Source of the DNA: Octopus sinensis
Taxonomy: Eukaryota
DNA length: 64,000 nucleotides
NCBI RefSeq assembly: GCF_006345805.1
Contig: NC_043013.1
Location: forward strand, 38,192,001 to 38,256,000
Direction: 5' to 3'
The notes beneath the pieces were generated by a model. That model worked only from the letters and a program-made list of their open reading frames with translations. It ran no database searches and had not been told where the DNA came from. Both the position numbers and the translations under genes were made by a program. The first letter of the stretch is position 1. Each line of letters starts with the position of its first letter. This document shows positions 1 to 12,539 of the stretch, piece after piece.

Positions 1-17
1 GTCATGGACAGGAAACA

Positions 18-176
18 AATTGAAATTTGACGGAGCCGAATTAAAATTTGAAAGAGCCGAATTGAAATTTGAAACAGCCGAATTGAAATTTGAAAAAGCC
101 CAATTGAAATTTGAAAAAGCCGAATTGAAATTTGAAAGAGCCGAATTGAAATTTGAAAGACCCAAATTGAAATTTT
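18..176. repeat. 21-bp minisatellite, about 7-8 copies of GCCGAATTGAAATTTGAAA(G/C/A)A
   Basis: Directly visible tandem units, e.g. gccgaattgaaatttgaaaca / gccgaattgaaatttgaaaaa / gccgaattgaaatttgaaaga. Confidence 0.9.
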
Positions 177-189
177 ACGTTATGATTTG

Positions 190-592
190 AAAGTCTGCTA
201 CAGAGATATTGGGTATGTTTCGGCGAAAGCGACCGGATCTATGGAACGAGAATTGGATTCTCCACTGGTGAGTTTCTCGCCAAAAACATGTTACTGCTTC
301 CGTACTTGCCCTATTCACCCGCGAATTTTCATCTCTCCCCCCAAGTAGAAAATTCAGCTCAAAGGTCACTGTTTTAACACCGTGATCGAGATCCAGAGCG
401 AATCGCAGAAGGTCCTTGACTCGCTTACGGAAAACGACTTCCAGGCCTGATTCCAAAAGTGGCAGGAATGCTGCGACCGGTGTATTGCTGCGCAAGGTGA
501 CTGTTTCGGAGAAGATGGTGATGAAGCTTATGTAAATAAGTTATTTTTTATTAAGCATAACTAGTCCGGGAACCTTTTGATACCATCTCGTA
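190..592 (+). mobile_element. Decayed mariner transposon 3' end (transposase C-terminus plus right TIR)
   Basis: Plus strand reads RRKRPDLWNENWILH..EFLAKN..LPYSPANFH / KIQLKGHCFNTVIEIQSESQKVLDSLTENDFQA*FQKWQECCDRCIAAQGDCFGEDG. This is a mariner-like C-terminus with stops and part of the YSPDLAP motif deleted. It ends in a TIR-like ...CCTTTTGATACCATCTCG followed by TA. Confidence 0.8.
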
Positions 593-744
593 TAGGCTGC
601 AGAATACGAAGAATTTTGTCAACAGTCTGTCGGCTTCCCAGTGGAACTCTCTAGAAAATACACTGTAGTTAACCTATCGAGAAGGTAGCCATTTCAGGAA
701 AATTTGAAACAGCCTTTCCTTAACATAATTCAATATATCTTTTA

Positions 745-960
745 TCTTTTACTTGTTTCAGTCATTAGACTCAGGCCATGCTGGGGCACCACCTTGAAGA
801 ATTTTTAGTCGAATATATCGATCCCAGTACTTATTTTTTTTAAAGCTTGGTACCTATTCTATCGGTTACTTATACCGAACCGCTAAGTTGCGAAGACGTA
901 AACACATCGAAACTGATTGTAAAGAGCTGGAGGGTGGAATAAACACAGACATAAAGGCAG

Positions 961-1010
<50 letters not shown>

Positions 1011-1215
1011 CTTATACATATACATACATATATGTGTGCGTGTGTGTGTGTGTGTGTACACGTACGCACACACATACCCTCAGTTTCCCCCTACCAAATT
1101 CATTCACAAGGATTTACTCAGCCCGGAGCTACAGTGGAAGATATTTGCCCAAGGTGCCACGGAACCATGTGGTTGGGAAGCAAGCTTCTTACACAATCAC
1201 ACCTGCACTTACATG
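745..1215 (-). mobile_element. SINE family A (tRNA-like head, internal (TA)n/(TG)n tract, ...AAACAAGTAAAAG tail), degenerate copy
   Basis: Reverse complement of the better copies at 25045-25456 and 47955-48666. Confidence 0.75.
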
Positions 1216-1329
1216 ACTAAATAACTAATAATTTATTTTTCTTCTTTCTGTATCTTTGTTTGAAAGAAGCAGAGCAGCTTGATCGAACTGATTAAAGAAC
1301 CAGAAGCCATATTTAAATAAGAAGAAATG

Positions 1330-1478
1330 ACATTATTTACATTATTAACATTTGACGAATATTTGTCCTCATCTTTGTTGTTAACACAACGTTTCAGCTG
1401 ATATTCCCTCCAGCCTTCATCAGGTGTCTTGGGGAAATTTCGAACCTGGCTTCTCATTCCTAAATAATAATAATAATA

Positions 1479-1512
<34 letters not shown>

Positions 1513-1577
1513 TCACTACTAGGAATCGAACTCGGAATCTTCGGATTAGTAGCCCGTGCTCTTAACCACTACGCCAT
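1330..1577 (-). mobile_element. Short composite element: tRNA-like head (A and B boxes) + (AAT)n + hammerhead-ribozyme module
   Basis: Minus strand has TGGCGTAGTGG (A box), then GTTCGATTC (B box), an (AAT)n tract, and the hammerhead-like motif at 1383-1428. The 3' boundary is approximate. Confidence 0.6.
1383..1428 (-). ncRNA. Minimal type I hammerhead ribozyme motif
   Basis: GACAC-CUGAUGA-AGGCUG(loop)CAGCU-GAA-ACGU-U-GUGUU. The core is intact, stem I is GACAC/GUGUU, and stem III is the palindrome ACGU. Confidence 0.65.
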
Positions 1578-2083
1578 ATTGAAATATAGAACTGAATAAG
1601 AAATGATTTGGGAGGTGATTCTACATATAAACTTAGACGGAGCAGATGAAGTGGCTCCATCAGATTTGACAAGAAAAGCAGGTAATGTCATTAAGAAAGG
1701 GACGTAAGGAACAATCCCCTGTGCCACATGTATCTGAAGTACACTTAATAACTGTATATATATATATAATAACAGTGGTAGCACTGTCATTAATCCAGTA
1801 AATTTGCAGATGAGTGAGTTACGCAACTCTGATGATTAAACAATGCAAATTTACTTTTGTTAATGAAACGTGATTAAGATGATGTAATTCAATATACAAG
1901 TAAACTCTCCTGTTTCGTTTTCTAAATTAGTACTCTGTGTCTTTCTCAACTTCGTGTCCCATTTAAATGAAACATGGGCTTATAATATGAGTTCACCTCA
2001 TGGTTGCCCATCAGATATATGGGAATACTCATGGAGTTCTAAGTACTGGCTATTTGCTATGCAATTTGAAATTAGATATATAC

Positions 2084-2084
<1 letters not shown>

Positions 2085-2116
<32 letters not shown>

Positions 2117-2226
2117 TGTATGTATGTATGTATGTATGTATGTGTATATATATGGAAGAGATAGATAAATAAATAGATAGATAGACAGACAGACAGACAG
2201 ATAGACAGACAGATAAACAGACAGAC

Positions 2227-2284
<58 letters not shown>

Positions 2285-2292
2285 ATAGATAA
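2085..2292. repeat. (TATG)n followed by (GATA/GACA)n microsatellite
   Basis: Direct observation. Confidence 0.95.
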
Positions 2293-2767
2293 ACAGGTGG
2301 TAAGTACGTAGACACCTTTAATCAGCCGAGTTTAATTAACGTATGATGTGTATATGCATGTGTATCTGAGGGTGTTTCTGTTTGTATAACCGGATGACGT
2401 GATACATATCTACAAATACTTTAGATTAATTGATCAACCTAAGGTAAAGAAAAGAAGTAAAAAAAAATGGAGAAAGCGGCATCTGTATCAGTTAACAAAG
2501 GAACAGCAAACTATAGCCTCCTTATCTCCGTAACACACAAACATTCCTTAAAATATAATCAAGACAGAGAAGTGTAATCGACTCAGCATAGTAATTTTAA
2601 GGTTATATATACTGAAAAGATGTTAATATGCAGCGATCAGTGTCGCTTCGTCATTGTTAACCAATCCTACAAGCATTCCAGACATTAGATACACATACAC
2701 CCATAAGAACTCACAGACATACATCCACATATACTCAAATACATTCAATTAGACATACACACACACA

Positions 2768-2798
<31 letters not shown>

Positions 2799-3159
2799 CA
2801 CATCAGCGACTGCGTGTGCCTGTGTCTTTACTTATGTATATGTGTACGTATTTATAAAACAATCATGTTTCTTGTCCTTACGCCAGAAATGCTTTACTGT
2901 TTAATGACTCGTAATATATAACTACTTATGTAGGTATGTAGCTTGCTCAGATTCATAACAAGATACCTGTTGTTGGTTAGAGGAAAAGGTGGTGCGGTTC
3001 ATTAACAAGGAATGAGAAAACGAAGGTAGTTTGTTTGACAGAACGTGATTACTAGTTACATTAGTAATATGTTTAATCCAGGCTGTTCACACAACTTGTA
3101 TTTATAATTAATTACACAGCCATCACATATGTATGTGTGACTGTCCGTCTGTTTGTATG

Positions 3160-3383
3160 TACGAGAGGGGGTGCTGAAAATTTCCTGGCTTTAGGTAAAA
3201 GGAAAATAAAAGAGGGTCAGTTAATTATGATTTTATTCAATATATTCTCCTCTTAGATTCACACACTTATTCCAGTGGTCCTTCAGTTTTTCTAGACTCT
3301 TTAAAAGAACTCGGAAGGCTGGGCTTCCAGCCAGGCCTTTCGTGACATCCTTAGAGCCAGGAATTTTTCAGCACCCCTTCGTA
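3160..3383. mobile_element. Mariner-type MITE, copy 1
   Basis: Starts TA-CGAGAGGGGGTGCTGAAAATTTCCTGGCT and ends AGCCAGGAATTTTTCAGCACCCCTTCG-TA. These are about 28-bp TIRs with TA flanks. Confidence 0.85.
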
Positions 3384-3409
3384 TTAGTGTGTGTGTGTGT
3401 ATATTGATA

Positions 3410-3624
3410 TACGAGGGGATGCTGAAAAGTTCCTGGCTTCGGGTAAATGGAAATAAAGGAGGATCAGTTATGATTTTATTCAACAGATTCCAAACTCAGA
3501 TTCACACTTATTGTGGCTGTCCTTCAGATTTTCAAAGCCCTGCAAAAAAACTCGGAAGTTTGGGTCTCCTACCAGACCTTTCGCAACACCCTTAAAGCCA
3601 AGAACTTTTCAGCCCCTCCTCGTA
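3410..3624. mobile_element. Mariner-type MITE, copy 2 (same family, 26 bp downstream of copy 1)
   Basis: TA-CGAGGGGATGCTGAAAAGTTCCTGGCTT ... AAGCCAAGAACTTTTCAGCCCCTCCTCG-TA. The internal sequence is similar to copy 1. Confidence 0.85.
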
Positions 3625-3810
3625 TGTATGTATGTATGTATGTATGTATGTATGTATGTATGTATGTATGTACACATGTATGTATGTATGTATGTATGTA
3701 TGTATGTATGTATGTATGTATGTATGTATGTACGCATGTATGTATGTATGTATGTATGTACGTACGCATGTATGTATGTATGTATGTATGTATGTATGTA
3801 TGTATGTATG

Positions 3811-3844
<34 letters not shown>

Positions 3845-4005
3845 CACATGTATGTATGTATGTACACATGTATGTATGTATGTATGTACGCATGTATGTA
3901 TGTGTGTGCACATGTATGTATGTATGTACACATGTATGTATGTATGTATGTATGTATGTACACATGTATGTATGTATATATGTACACGTGTATGTATGTA
4001 TATAT
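3622..4005. repeat. Long (TATG)n microsatellite with TACACA/TACGCA interruptions
   Basis: Direct observation; this is the source of the MYVC/HTYI pseudo-ORFs. Confidence 0.95.
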
Positions 4006-4516
4006 GTATCTTCTTTTGTTTCTATACCTAAATAACTATTTGTACGTACGTGCGTATGTATTCTGTGTGCCTCTGTGTGTGTATAATTTTGTATGTATGT
4101 TAATATATAAGTTTTGCATGTATGTATGAAAGTGTAAATTTTATATTTGTGCAGTAAACATCACGTACAAAATATGAATTATGTTAAATATTTATACTTT
4201 TATGCAAACCATCGTAAGCAGCCTAGCTCTGGGCGAAACTCGGAGAAGTCTGTTGGTCTTTGATATTATAAGGATATAACAGTTCAAAAGGAAAATCTAT
4301 GATCTGGATATAAGAACCGTATTTCTCTCAATAGTTCGTAGATATCCTCCTTTCCTCCAACTGATCTTTTTAACAATGCAAGATTTTTCTTCCATAGAAC
4401 AATATCTGGTCTATTGTGTTGCTGTTTTTTTGTATTTTTTTATTGGAATGTGGTCTGGCTTTGGTTAAGCCATCAGTATAATGAATATTGCGTATAACAT
4501 TCTTTAACCTTTCATC

Positions 4517-4891
4517 TTTTACTTGCTTCACTCATTAGGCTACAGCCATGATGAAGCCCTGCCTTGAAGAATTTTCAATATGTATATTTTTTAATATATA
4601 TATTTCTCTCTCACTTTATTTTCTCTAATTCCTTTGTGTTGAAGAGCAAAGGCTCGAAACTTAAAAGACTTTTCCATTCTTCCTGAACATCAAACTAATA
4701 CACTTGTTTTTTTTGTTGTTTTTTTTGTTCATACACTTGTCTTCGATTTTTGTTTTTCTATAAATTTCGACTATAGATATATATATATATATATATATAT
4801 ATATGGGGAGAGAGAGAGAGATATACACACATGCACATACATACATATATATGTACATATAATATATATATACGATATATATATATATATG

Positions 4892-4961
<70 letters not shown>

Positions 4962-5346
4962 TATATATACCCAGCATGGTACTTATTCTATCGGTATATT
5001 TTGCCGAACCACTAAATTACGGAGACGTAAACACTCCAACATCCGTTGTCAAGCGGTAGTGGGGTACTAATACACATCACACACAAACAACACACACATA
5101 CACACGCACACACACATACATATATATATATAATATATATATATATATATTTATTACATATACGTGTAATATATATAATATAATATATATAATATTAATA
5201 AATAAAACATATGCATATATATATATATATATATGTACATACCTACCTCTACATGTATATATACACACATATATGGGTACAGGACAAATATCACAAGGAA
5301 AATTCCCCTTCTTCAGTCGCCATGGTTTCATCTACTCTGCGTTTCG

Positions 5347-5408
<62 letters not shown>

Positions 5409-5448
5409 GCATATATATATATACATATACATATACATACATACATAC

Positions 5449-5496
<48 letters not shown>

Positions 5497-5666
5497 ATAT
5501 ATTTACACGTCGGGCTTCTTTCAGTATCTGTCTACTAAACACACTCACAAAGTTTTGGTCAGCCCGAGGCTATAGTAGAAAACAGTTGTCCAATGTACCA
5601 CACAGTTGGACTAAACCCGAAGCCATGTAGTTGAGAAGGAAACCGCTAACCACGCAGCCACGCCTA
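4517..5666 (-). mobile_element. Fragmented SINE family A (tail about 4517-4570, body 4970-5075, head 5505-5666) interrupted by other repeats
   Basis: The segments are reverse complements of successive parts of the 25045-25456 copy. Confidence 0.6.
4632..4667 (+). ncRNA. Degenerate hammerhead-like motif
   Basis: CUUU-GUGUUGA-A-GAGC(aaag)GCUC-GAA-ACUU-A-AAAG. Stems I and II are perfect, but the core and stem III are mutated. Confidence 0.35.
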
Positions 5667-5721
5667 AAACGTTAAACATTGTTTTACCAACAATATTTCA
5701 TCGCATAGATAGATAGAATGG

Positions 5722-5742
5722 TCGATTGATTGATGAACTAAC

Positions 5743-5836
<94 letters not shown>

Positions 5837-5870
5837 CTGATTGACTGACTCACTGATTGATTGATTCGTT
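5722..5870. repeat. (GATT)n microsatellite
   Basis: Direct observation. Confidence 0.95.
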
Positions 5871-6024
5871 GATGAGTGAGTGATACAATAGAAATGGACA
5901 GATATCAACACCTGGTATTCGCCGAAATGAATATTTAATATCTTGCAAGACAATCAAATATCTCAGTGGGATGTTGGTCTGCGCGAGTGTCTCCGTGCGC
6001 GCGCGTGCGTGTGTGTGTGTGTAT

Positions 6025-6068
<44 letters not shown>

Positions 6069-6146
6069 CGTGGATATCATTGTCATTATCGGAGTTTTGC
6101 TGTACTTTCGTTTTTTTAAGACAGGCTTTTCCTCAATAGTAAAATT

Positions 6147-6257
6147 TCTTCTTCTTCTTCTTCTTCTTCTTCTTCTTCTTCTTCTTCTTCTTCTTCTTCT
6201 TCTTCTTCTTCTTCTTCTTCTTCTTCTTCTTCTTCTTCTTCTTCTTCTTCTTCTTCT
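6147..6257. repeat. (TTC)n microsatellite
   Basis: Direct observation; gives the poly-E and poly-L pseudo-ORFs. Confidence 0.95.
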
Positions 6258-7109
6258 TTCTTCACTCTTCTTCGTCCGCCTCCCCCCTTCCTCCCGCCTT
6301 CTTCCCCGCCTCCTACTACTACTACTACCATCACCACGCAGCTCTTGTTACAAGTTTTCTACGGTTAAATGTATGTATATATGTAAAAGTGTATGTGCAA
6401 ATTGTGTGTATATATATATATATATATACATGAGTGTGTGCGAGTATACATATGCATAGATATGTGTGTGTCTGTGTGAGTGTGTTTGCATATATATATA
6501 TATATGTGTATTTGCATGTGTGTGTGTGAGAGTGTGTGAGCGTGGATGTGTGTACATAACGTCAAAACCAGCTGCAAGGATATTCAGAGCGACACAAATG
6601 CCGACACCTGTTCAATTCCTTTCTAGATATGCGGCTACTTCTAATTGCTTTCTATCGATATTGGCTGTCTCTTTCATTAACTAGGTATGCATACACATAG
6701 ATCACCTATATTTTTATATAATTTTATTCATGTACATATATATTTTTTACTATCTTATATTTTTTTCTTTTCCTTCTGATGTAGACATTCTGGTATTTAT
6801 AACTTTACATGCTTTTAGTTAAGTTGAACGCTAGACAAGCGGTAGTTCATTAACTAGAGACGTCATCAAATGGATAATTGCAAGTTTGGTAGACAGGCTT
6901 ACAAATAGACAGACTGATATTGGGGGCGGACGAGTGTCTAGGAGCATATTATCTAATGTGTGTTTCTTTTATTTTTAAGGTGGTGATGTATGATTTGAGG
7001 GAAATTTGGCTGGTATTTCTAGCAGGCAACATGACAACGTACGGGCTCCAGCTTTGGCTTGTACCTGTTAGTTCGGTTAGTGTAATGTTTGTCAGGAAGA
7101 CAAACATGC

Positions 7110-7141
<32 letters not shown>

Positions 7142-7233
7142 GCGTACATACAAGCATACATGCATATGTACATACATACGTACGTATACACGTACATACA
7201 TGCACACAAATATGTAGTTAGATAAGGAGATAA

Positions 7234-7963
7234 GTTTCTTTATTGGCCACACAGGGCTGCACACAGATGGGACAAGTTACAAGGTAGAGCTTTTCTTTTG
7301 GGGGAGAAAAAAAAGGTGGCGTATGTTTTCGATCAAAAGGGATCGTAAAAGGGAAAAAAGAACAACAAAAAAGGGAAAAAAAGAAAGAAAAAGGAAAAGA
7401 AATAAAAGAAAAAAAGAAAAAAAGGGAAAAGAAAAATAAGAAAAAAGGGGAAAAAAGAAAAGAAATATGAAAAAAGAAGAAAAAAGAGGAAAAAAGGGGG
7501 AGAGGGAAAAAAACGATCAATAGGGATCGTGTATCACAGTGTCATGATGTATGGTGTAAAGAAGAAAGCAAGTAAGGTTTATCCGTGTGAAGAAAAGCCT
7601 ACGAAAAAGACCACGGTAACCTTGGTCAATATTGTTATATGTTACCACATTTGTTTGCAAGTGGGTAACCCTCTGTTTTCAATTTCTGGGTTCATAGGAT
7701 TATGCTCAAGGTGGCTTCGTCATTCATACGTGCCATCCTTGCTACATTCACCCATCTTTTTTTAAAACGTTCATTAGACAAAACTTGCCTCTCTACTCTC
7801 ACTTTCCTTTTCCAGTGGTACTTGAAGAAGTTGATGAGAGATTGACCAGAGAGGAAAGTGATTGTCTCCAATCCTTTCAGACGCGTCCACCAGATACATT
7901 CTTTCGCCATAGCCACAAGGATGATGAAAATAGCTCTTCCCTCCCGTTTGAAGGAAGGAGGCG

Positions 7964-7964
<1 letters not shown>
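7234..7964 (-). mobile_element. Tx1-like LINE copy A, 5'-truncated (ORF2 C-terminal tip plus 3' UTR)
   Basis: Encodes ...ILVAMAKECIWWTRLKGLET...ARMARMNDEATLSIIL*, nearly the same as the ORF2 end of copy D. The 3' end is GTGTGGCCAATAAAGAAAC and the 5' junction abuts (AGAT)n. Confidence 0.9.

Positions 7965-8050
<86 letters not shown>
7965..8050. repeat. (GATA)n array between LINE copies A and B
   Basis: Direct observation. Confidence 0.95.
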
Positions 8051-8317
<267 letters not shown>

Positions 8318-8893
8318 TGATTGATTGATAGTCAAGCAGATAGATGGATTGATAAATGTGTACTGTCTTTATATCTTCGTTCATAACCTCAGGTCAATCG
8401 CTAAGTGACCATAATTATCTTCAAAAGCGTTCCAGCCGTGCCAATCACCTTTTTTGCTTGTGTATAGGACTACATTATTTAATGTATTCGTCCGTTATTT
8501 AAGACGATAAACTGTGATTTTAGCCTTCTTGGGTGCTATATTTTAAGCATGTTTAGCAACCATACTGAGATTTCATTACCGCTGGCAATCATTCGCTGAC
8601 TCATCATAATTTTGACCCAGGTTGATCGTTATCAGATAAACCTATGATCACATACAAATGAACTGTGGCCGTTTTGTAGATTTCTTAGGCATCTACTCGT
8701 ACAACGACGTCATACATATGAGTTTTCTTTACTTAAGGCGGCTGTTATATTTCTCGCGAGATATTTGGCAGTTATTTCTAACAGGCTGGTTGACCACACA
8801 GAGGCATTTTTGTCGGTTTGTCACTCTGGCGATTGTTAAGCAAAAATACAGACGCACATACTTACAGACAGACGGACAAATAGGCACATACAC

Positions 8894-8983
<90 letters not shown>

Positions 8984-9078
8984 ACAGAGAGAAAGAGCGA
9001 GTCATAAACAGACAGACGAACAGGCAAAGAGACAATCAGGGAGATAGGGCGACAGAGAGAGATAGGGCAAACAGACAA

Positions 9079-9133
<55 letters not shown>

Positions 9134-9134
9134 T

Positions 9135-12019
9135 GTTTCTTTATTAGCCACACAGGGCTGCACACAGATAGAACAAATTACAAGGTAGAGCTTTTCTTTT
9201 GAAGGTTTAGAAAAATAATAATAATAATAATAATAAAATAACAAATAAAATAAAAAAGGGGGGTCGATCAAAAGGGATCGTAAAAGGAGAGAAAGAGGAC
9301 AAAAAATGGGGGGGTTAAAAAAAAAGGGGGAGAGGAAAAAAAATTGATCAATAGGGATCGTTATCACAGAAATGTCAATATGAAGTGTAAAGGGGAGGAC
9401 AGGTGAGGTTTACCCGTGGAAAGAAAAGCCTACGGAAAAGACCACGGTAACCTCGGTCAATGAAGTCACATGTTATATTTCTTTTTTTTTTTTGCAAATA
9501 AGCAACTCTCTGTATTAATTTTTACGGTTCATAGAATCATAGTCAAGGTGGCTTCGTCATTCATACGTGCCATCCTTGCTACATTCACCCATCTTTTTTA
9601 AAACATTCACTAGACAAAACTTGCCTCTCTACTCTCACTTTTTCTTCAAGCGATACTTGAAGAAGTTGATGAGAGATTGACCAGAGAGGAAAGTGTTGTC
9701 TCTAATCCTTTCAGACGCGTCCACCAGATACATTCTTTCGCCATAGCCACAAGTATGATAAAAATAGCTCTTCCTTCCCGTTTCAAGGAAGGAGGCGTGA
9801 CGATATTAACGATAGACTCGGCTGATAAACCGACACGTCCCACACGTGACAGCAGTCGTTCGACATAAGCCCACAGGTGGGAAATGCTGGACACTGCACG
9901 ATTGCGTGCAGAGCGGTGTTCGTCGCTCTGCCCGCATCTCGGGCAGGTCGGCCCCGTGTTTCTCGAGCCATGCCTATAGAGCTTATCCCGAACGGGTAGC
10001 GCTTCTCGGTAGCACCGCCAGGCCAGGGATCTCTGGAAGTTGTCCATAGGTCCCGGGCCGAAAGTCGTTTGAAACAGGCGGGTCAGGTATTCCTCGTCGA
10101 CGCCCATGTTTGCCCGAGCTCGTCGTCGTACCTCCCCTCCACTAATCCCCTATAAATGCTTTGGTTCTGTTGAAGTCACTCAAGGTCGACCCGGGACGGC
10201 AGAGTTGCTTGAGAGCAACGCGACAATCGCGGTGCCATTCGCCCTTCTTCGGCCTCTTTTTGATCCACGACTGTAGTTCGGTCATGGAGACGAGTTGCGG
10301 GAATGCGTGCCTCACAAACGGCGACCACACCTGTTCGCCGTCGTCTACATAGAGCCGGAGATGTCGCAGTCTCAGCGCGTGTCTGCGCATCATCAACCAC
10401 GGCATCCCAGCCCTCCTTTTAACGGTGTTGACAGCAAATGGATCGCCTGACCATCGGGACGCTCCTTTCCACAAGAAGCGGAAGAGGATGCGTTCTAGTT
10501 TGGTGATGGTAGGGTCGGGACAAGGTACGACGGTCAGGCGGTAGTAGATGATGGACGCGATGTACGCGTTCACCACCTCCGCCCGACCTTTTAGGGACAG
10601 TTTCCTCTCGCCCATTGCTGGGCGAGAGTGACCACCCTACTCGTTATCTCGTTCCAGTCTTCTCCATTTGGAGGTCCGGACCGAACCAGACCCCGAGCAA
10701 CTCAACCGGGCCGTCTGTCCAGCGTCCCACGACGGAGGTACTGGTGGACGGCATGGGCTTGCTTCTCAGGCCGAGCCGCAAGGCCACTGACTTTTCCCGG
10801 TTGATTTTTGCTCCTGTCACCGCTTCGTAGTCTTTCAGTATCTCGCCGACCCGCTCGATGTGCTCGTGGCTTGACACTATGACGGTGACGTGGTCGTCGC
10901 GTATGCAGACACGCTCGTCCCGCATCCTAATTCTCGCGGGATGCCCCTCAGAGTCGCCAGCTTCCGCAGTAGTGGCTCAAGAGTCAATACGTATAGAAGC
11001 GCCGAGAGGGGGCATCCCTGACGGACCGAACGTGCAATGTCGAAGGGTCTCGATAGATGTCCATTTATGCGAATTACCGAACGGATGCCCCTGTACAAGG
11101 CAGCTATCCAGCCGCGGAAGACGGGACCGAAACCAGCCGCTCTCAGGACTGCCTCCAAGTATCGATGGTCTACCCTATCAAAGGCTTTCGATTGATCCAA
11201 GTTGATCAGGGCCCCACCCATGCCAGGTTCGTTAACTACCCTGTCTATGATGTAGCGCATCAGATGGAGGTTGTCATGGATGCTCCGGCCGGCACGGCGC
11301 ACGTTGTGCGTTGTCGACCAGTTTCTCCATGACAAGCGCAACCTCTTGGCTAACACCTTTGTCAAAATTTCAGGTCTGCATTGAGCAGAGTGATTGGCCT
11401 AAAGTTATCTATAAGTTTCCTTGTTTGGATCTTTCTTCAGCAGAGTTACAGCTCCTCGACTCACAAAACCGGGTATGCTCCCGTTTTGCTGCCAGTTGCA
11501 GTATACCGCTGCCAAGACGTCTCCAAACAAGTCTGGCATACAATAGTAAAATTCGTAGGGTAGACCATCCAAACCGGTGATTTGTCCCTCGAGCATTCTG
11601 CCATCGCTTCCCGCACTTCCGCCGCCGTGATGGCACCTTCGCAGCACCCTGCCTTTCTTGTCGAGAGTCGTGGCAGGCTATGTAGGTAGGCCCTGAAGTC
11701 TACCCTACGTTTTGCCCTCCACTCGTCCCGAACAGTCGGGCAAAATGCTGCTGAAAGGCCTCACACATTTTACTTGGCTCGAGCAATTCGCGCCCGTTCA
11801 TGTTCATCTACAGTGACCGAATGGTGGCTTTGTTGCCCTGTTGCGCCTCTGCCACCCGGCCTCTTCGCGGCTCCAACACCTTCGGTCCTTAGAGCACGCA
11901 TCCTAGCTCTGACAGCACATCTTCGTGTTTGGCGGTGAGTGTTGGTCGAGGGCCAACCTCGCCGCCAAAAGTCGGATGCGTGCCGCTTCTAATGCCTCTT
12001 CTAGCTTCTTAACTAGCTC

Positions 12020-12020
<1 letters not shown>
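9135..12020 (-). mobile_element. Tx1-like LINE copy C, 5'-truncated (about 2.9 kb; RT, C-terminal zinc-finger region and 3' UTR)
   Basis: Collinear with copy D 12135-about 15000. RT motifs (INLDQSKAFDRVDH, RQGCPLS) are spread over several frames. (GATA)n at both junctions. Confidence 0.92.
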
Positions 12021-12086
<66 letters not shown>

Positions 12087-12539
12087 TAGATAGATAGAGA
12101 TAGTAGATAGATAGATAGATAGATAGATAGATATGTTTCTTATTAGCCACACAGGGCTGCACACAGATAGAACAAATACAAGGTAGAGCTTTTCTTCAAG
12201 GTTTAAAAAAAAAAAAAAAAATTAAAAAATTAAAAAAAAAAAAAAGGAAGGGGGAGTTTCGATCAAAAGGGATCGAAAAGGAGAGAAAGAGGACAAAAAA
12301 AGGGGGGGTTAAAAAAAAAAAAAAAAGGGGGGGGGAGGAAAAAAAATTGATCAATAGGGATCGTTATCACAGAAATGTCAATATGAAGTGTAAAGGGGAG
12401 GACAGGTGAGGTTACCCGTGGAAAGAAAAGCCTACGGAAAAGACCACGGTAACCTCGGTCAATGAAGTCACATTCTATATTTCTTTTTTTTTTTTTTTTT
12501 TTTTGCAAATAAGCAACTCTCTGTTTTCGATTTCTGGGT

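Noticed and set aside
18-176. 21-bp repeat array as a possible CRISPR
   Set aside because: The units are contiguous with no unique spacers, the context is eukaryotic, and there are no cas genes. The same applies to the 32-bp triplet at 29356-29450 and the 184-bp units at 29632-30172.
175-495. 106-aa minus-strand ORF
   Set aside because: It is the antisense shadow of the plus-strand mariner transposase remnant.
1826-1880. CTGATGA...GAAAC pair resembling a hammerhead
   Set aside because: No stem I can form and the cleavage position would be G.
5281-5350. CGAAAC...CTGAAGA on the minus strand (similar pattern at about 27781-27830) as a permuted hammerhead
   Set aside because: Stems I and III do not pair convincingly in this copy.
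6627-6684. Possible 58-nt exon encoding a signal-peptide-like MRLLLIAFYRYWLSLSLT
   Set aside because: The splice signals are plausible, but there is no homology or partner exon, and this is expected by chance.
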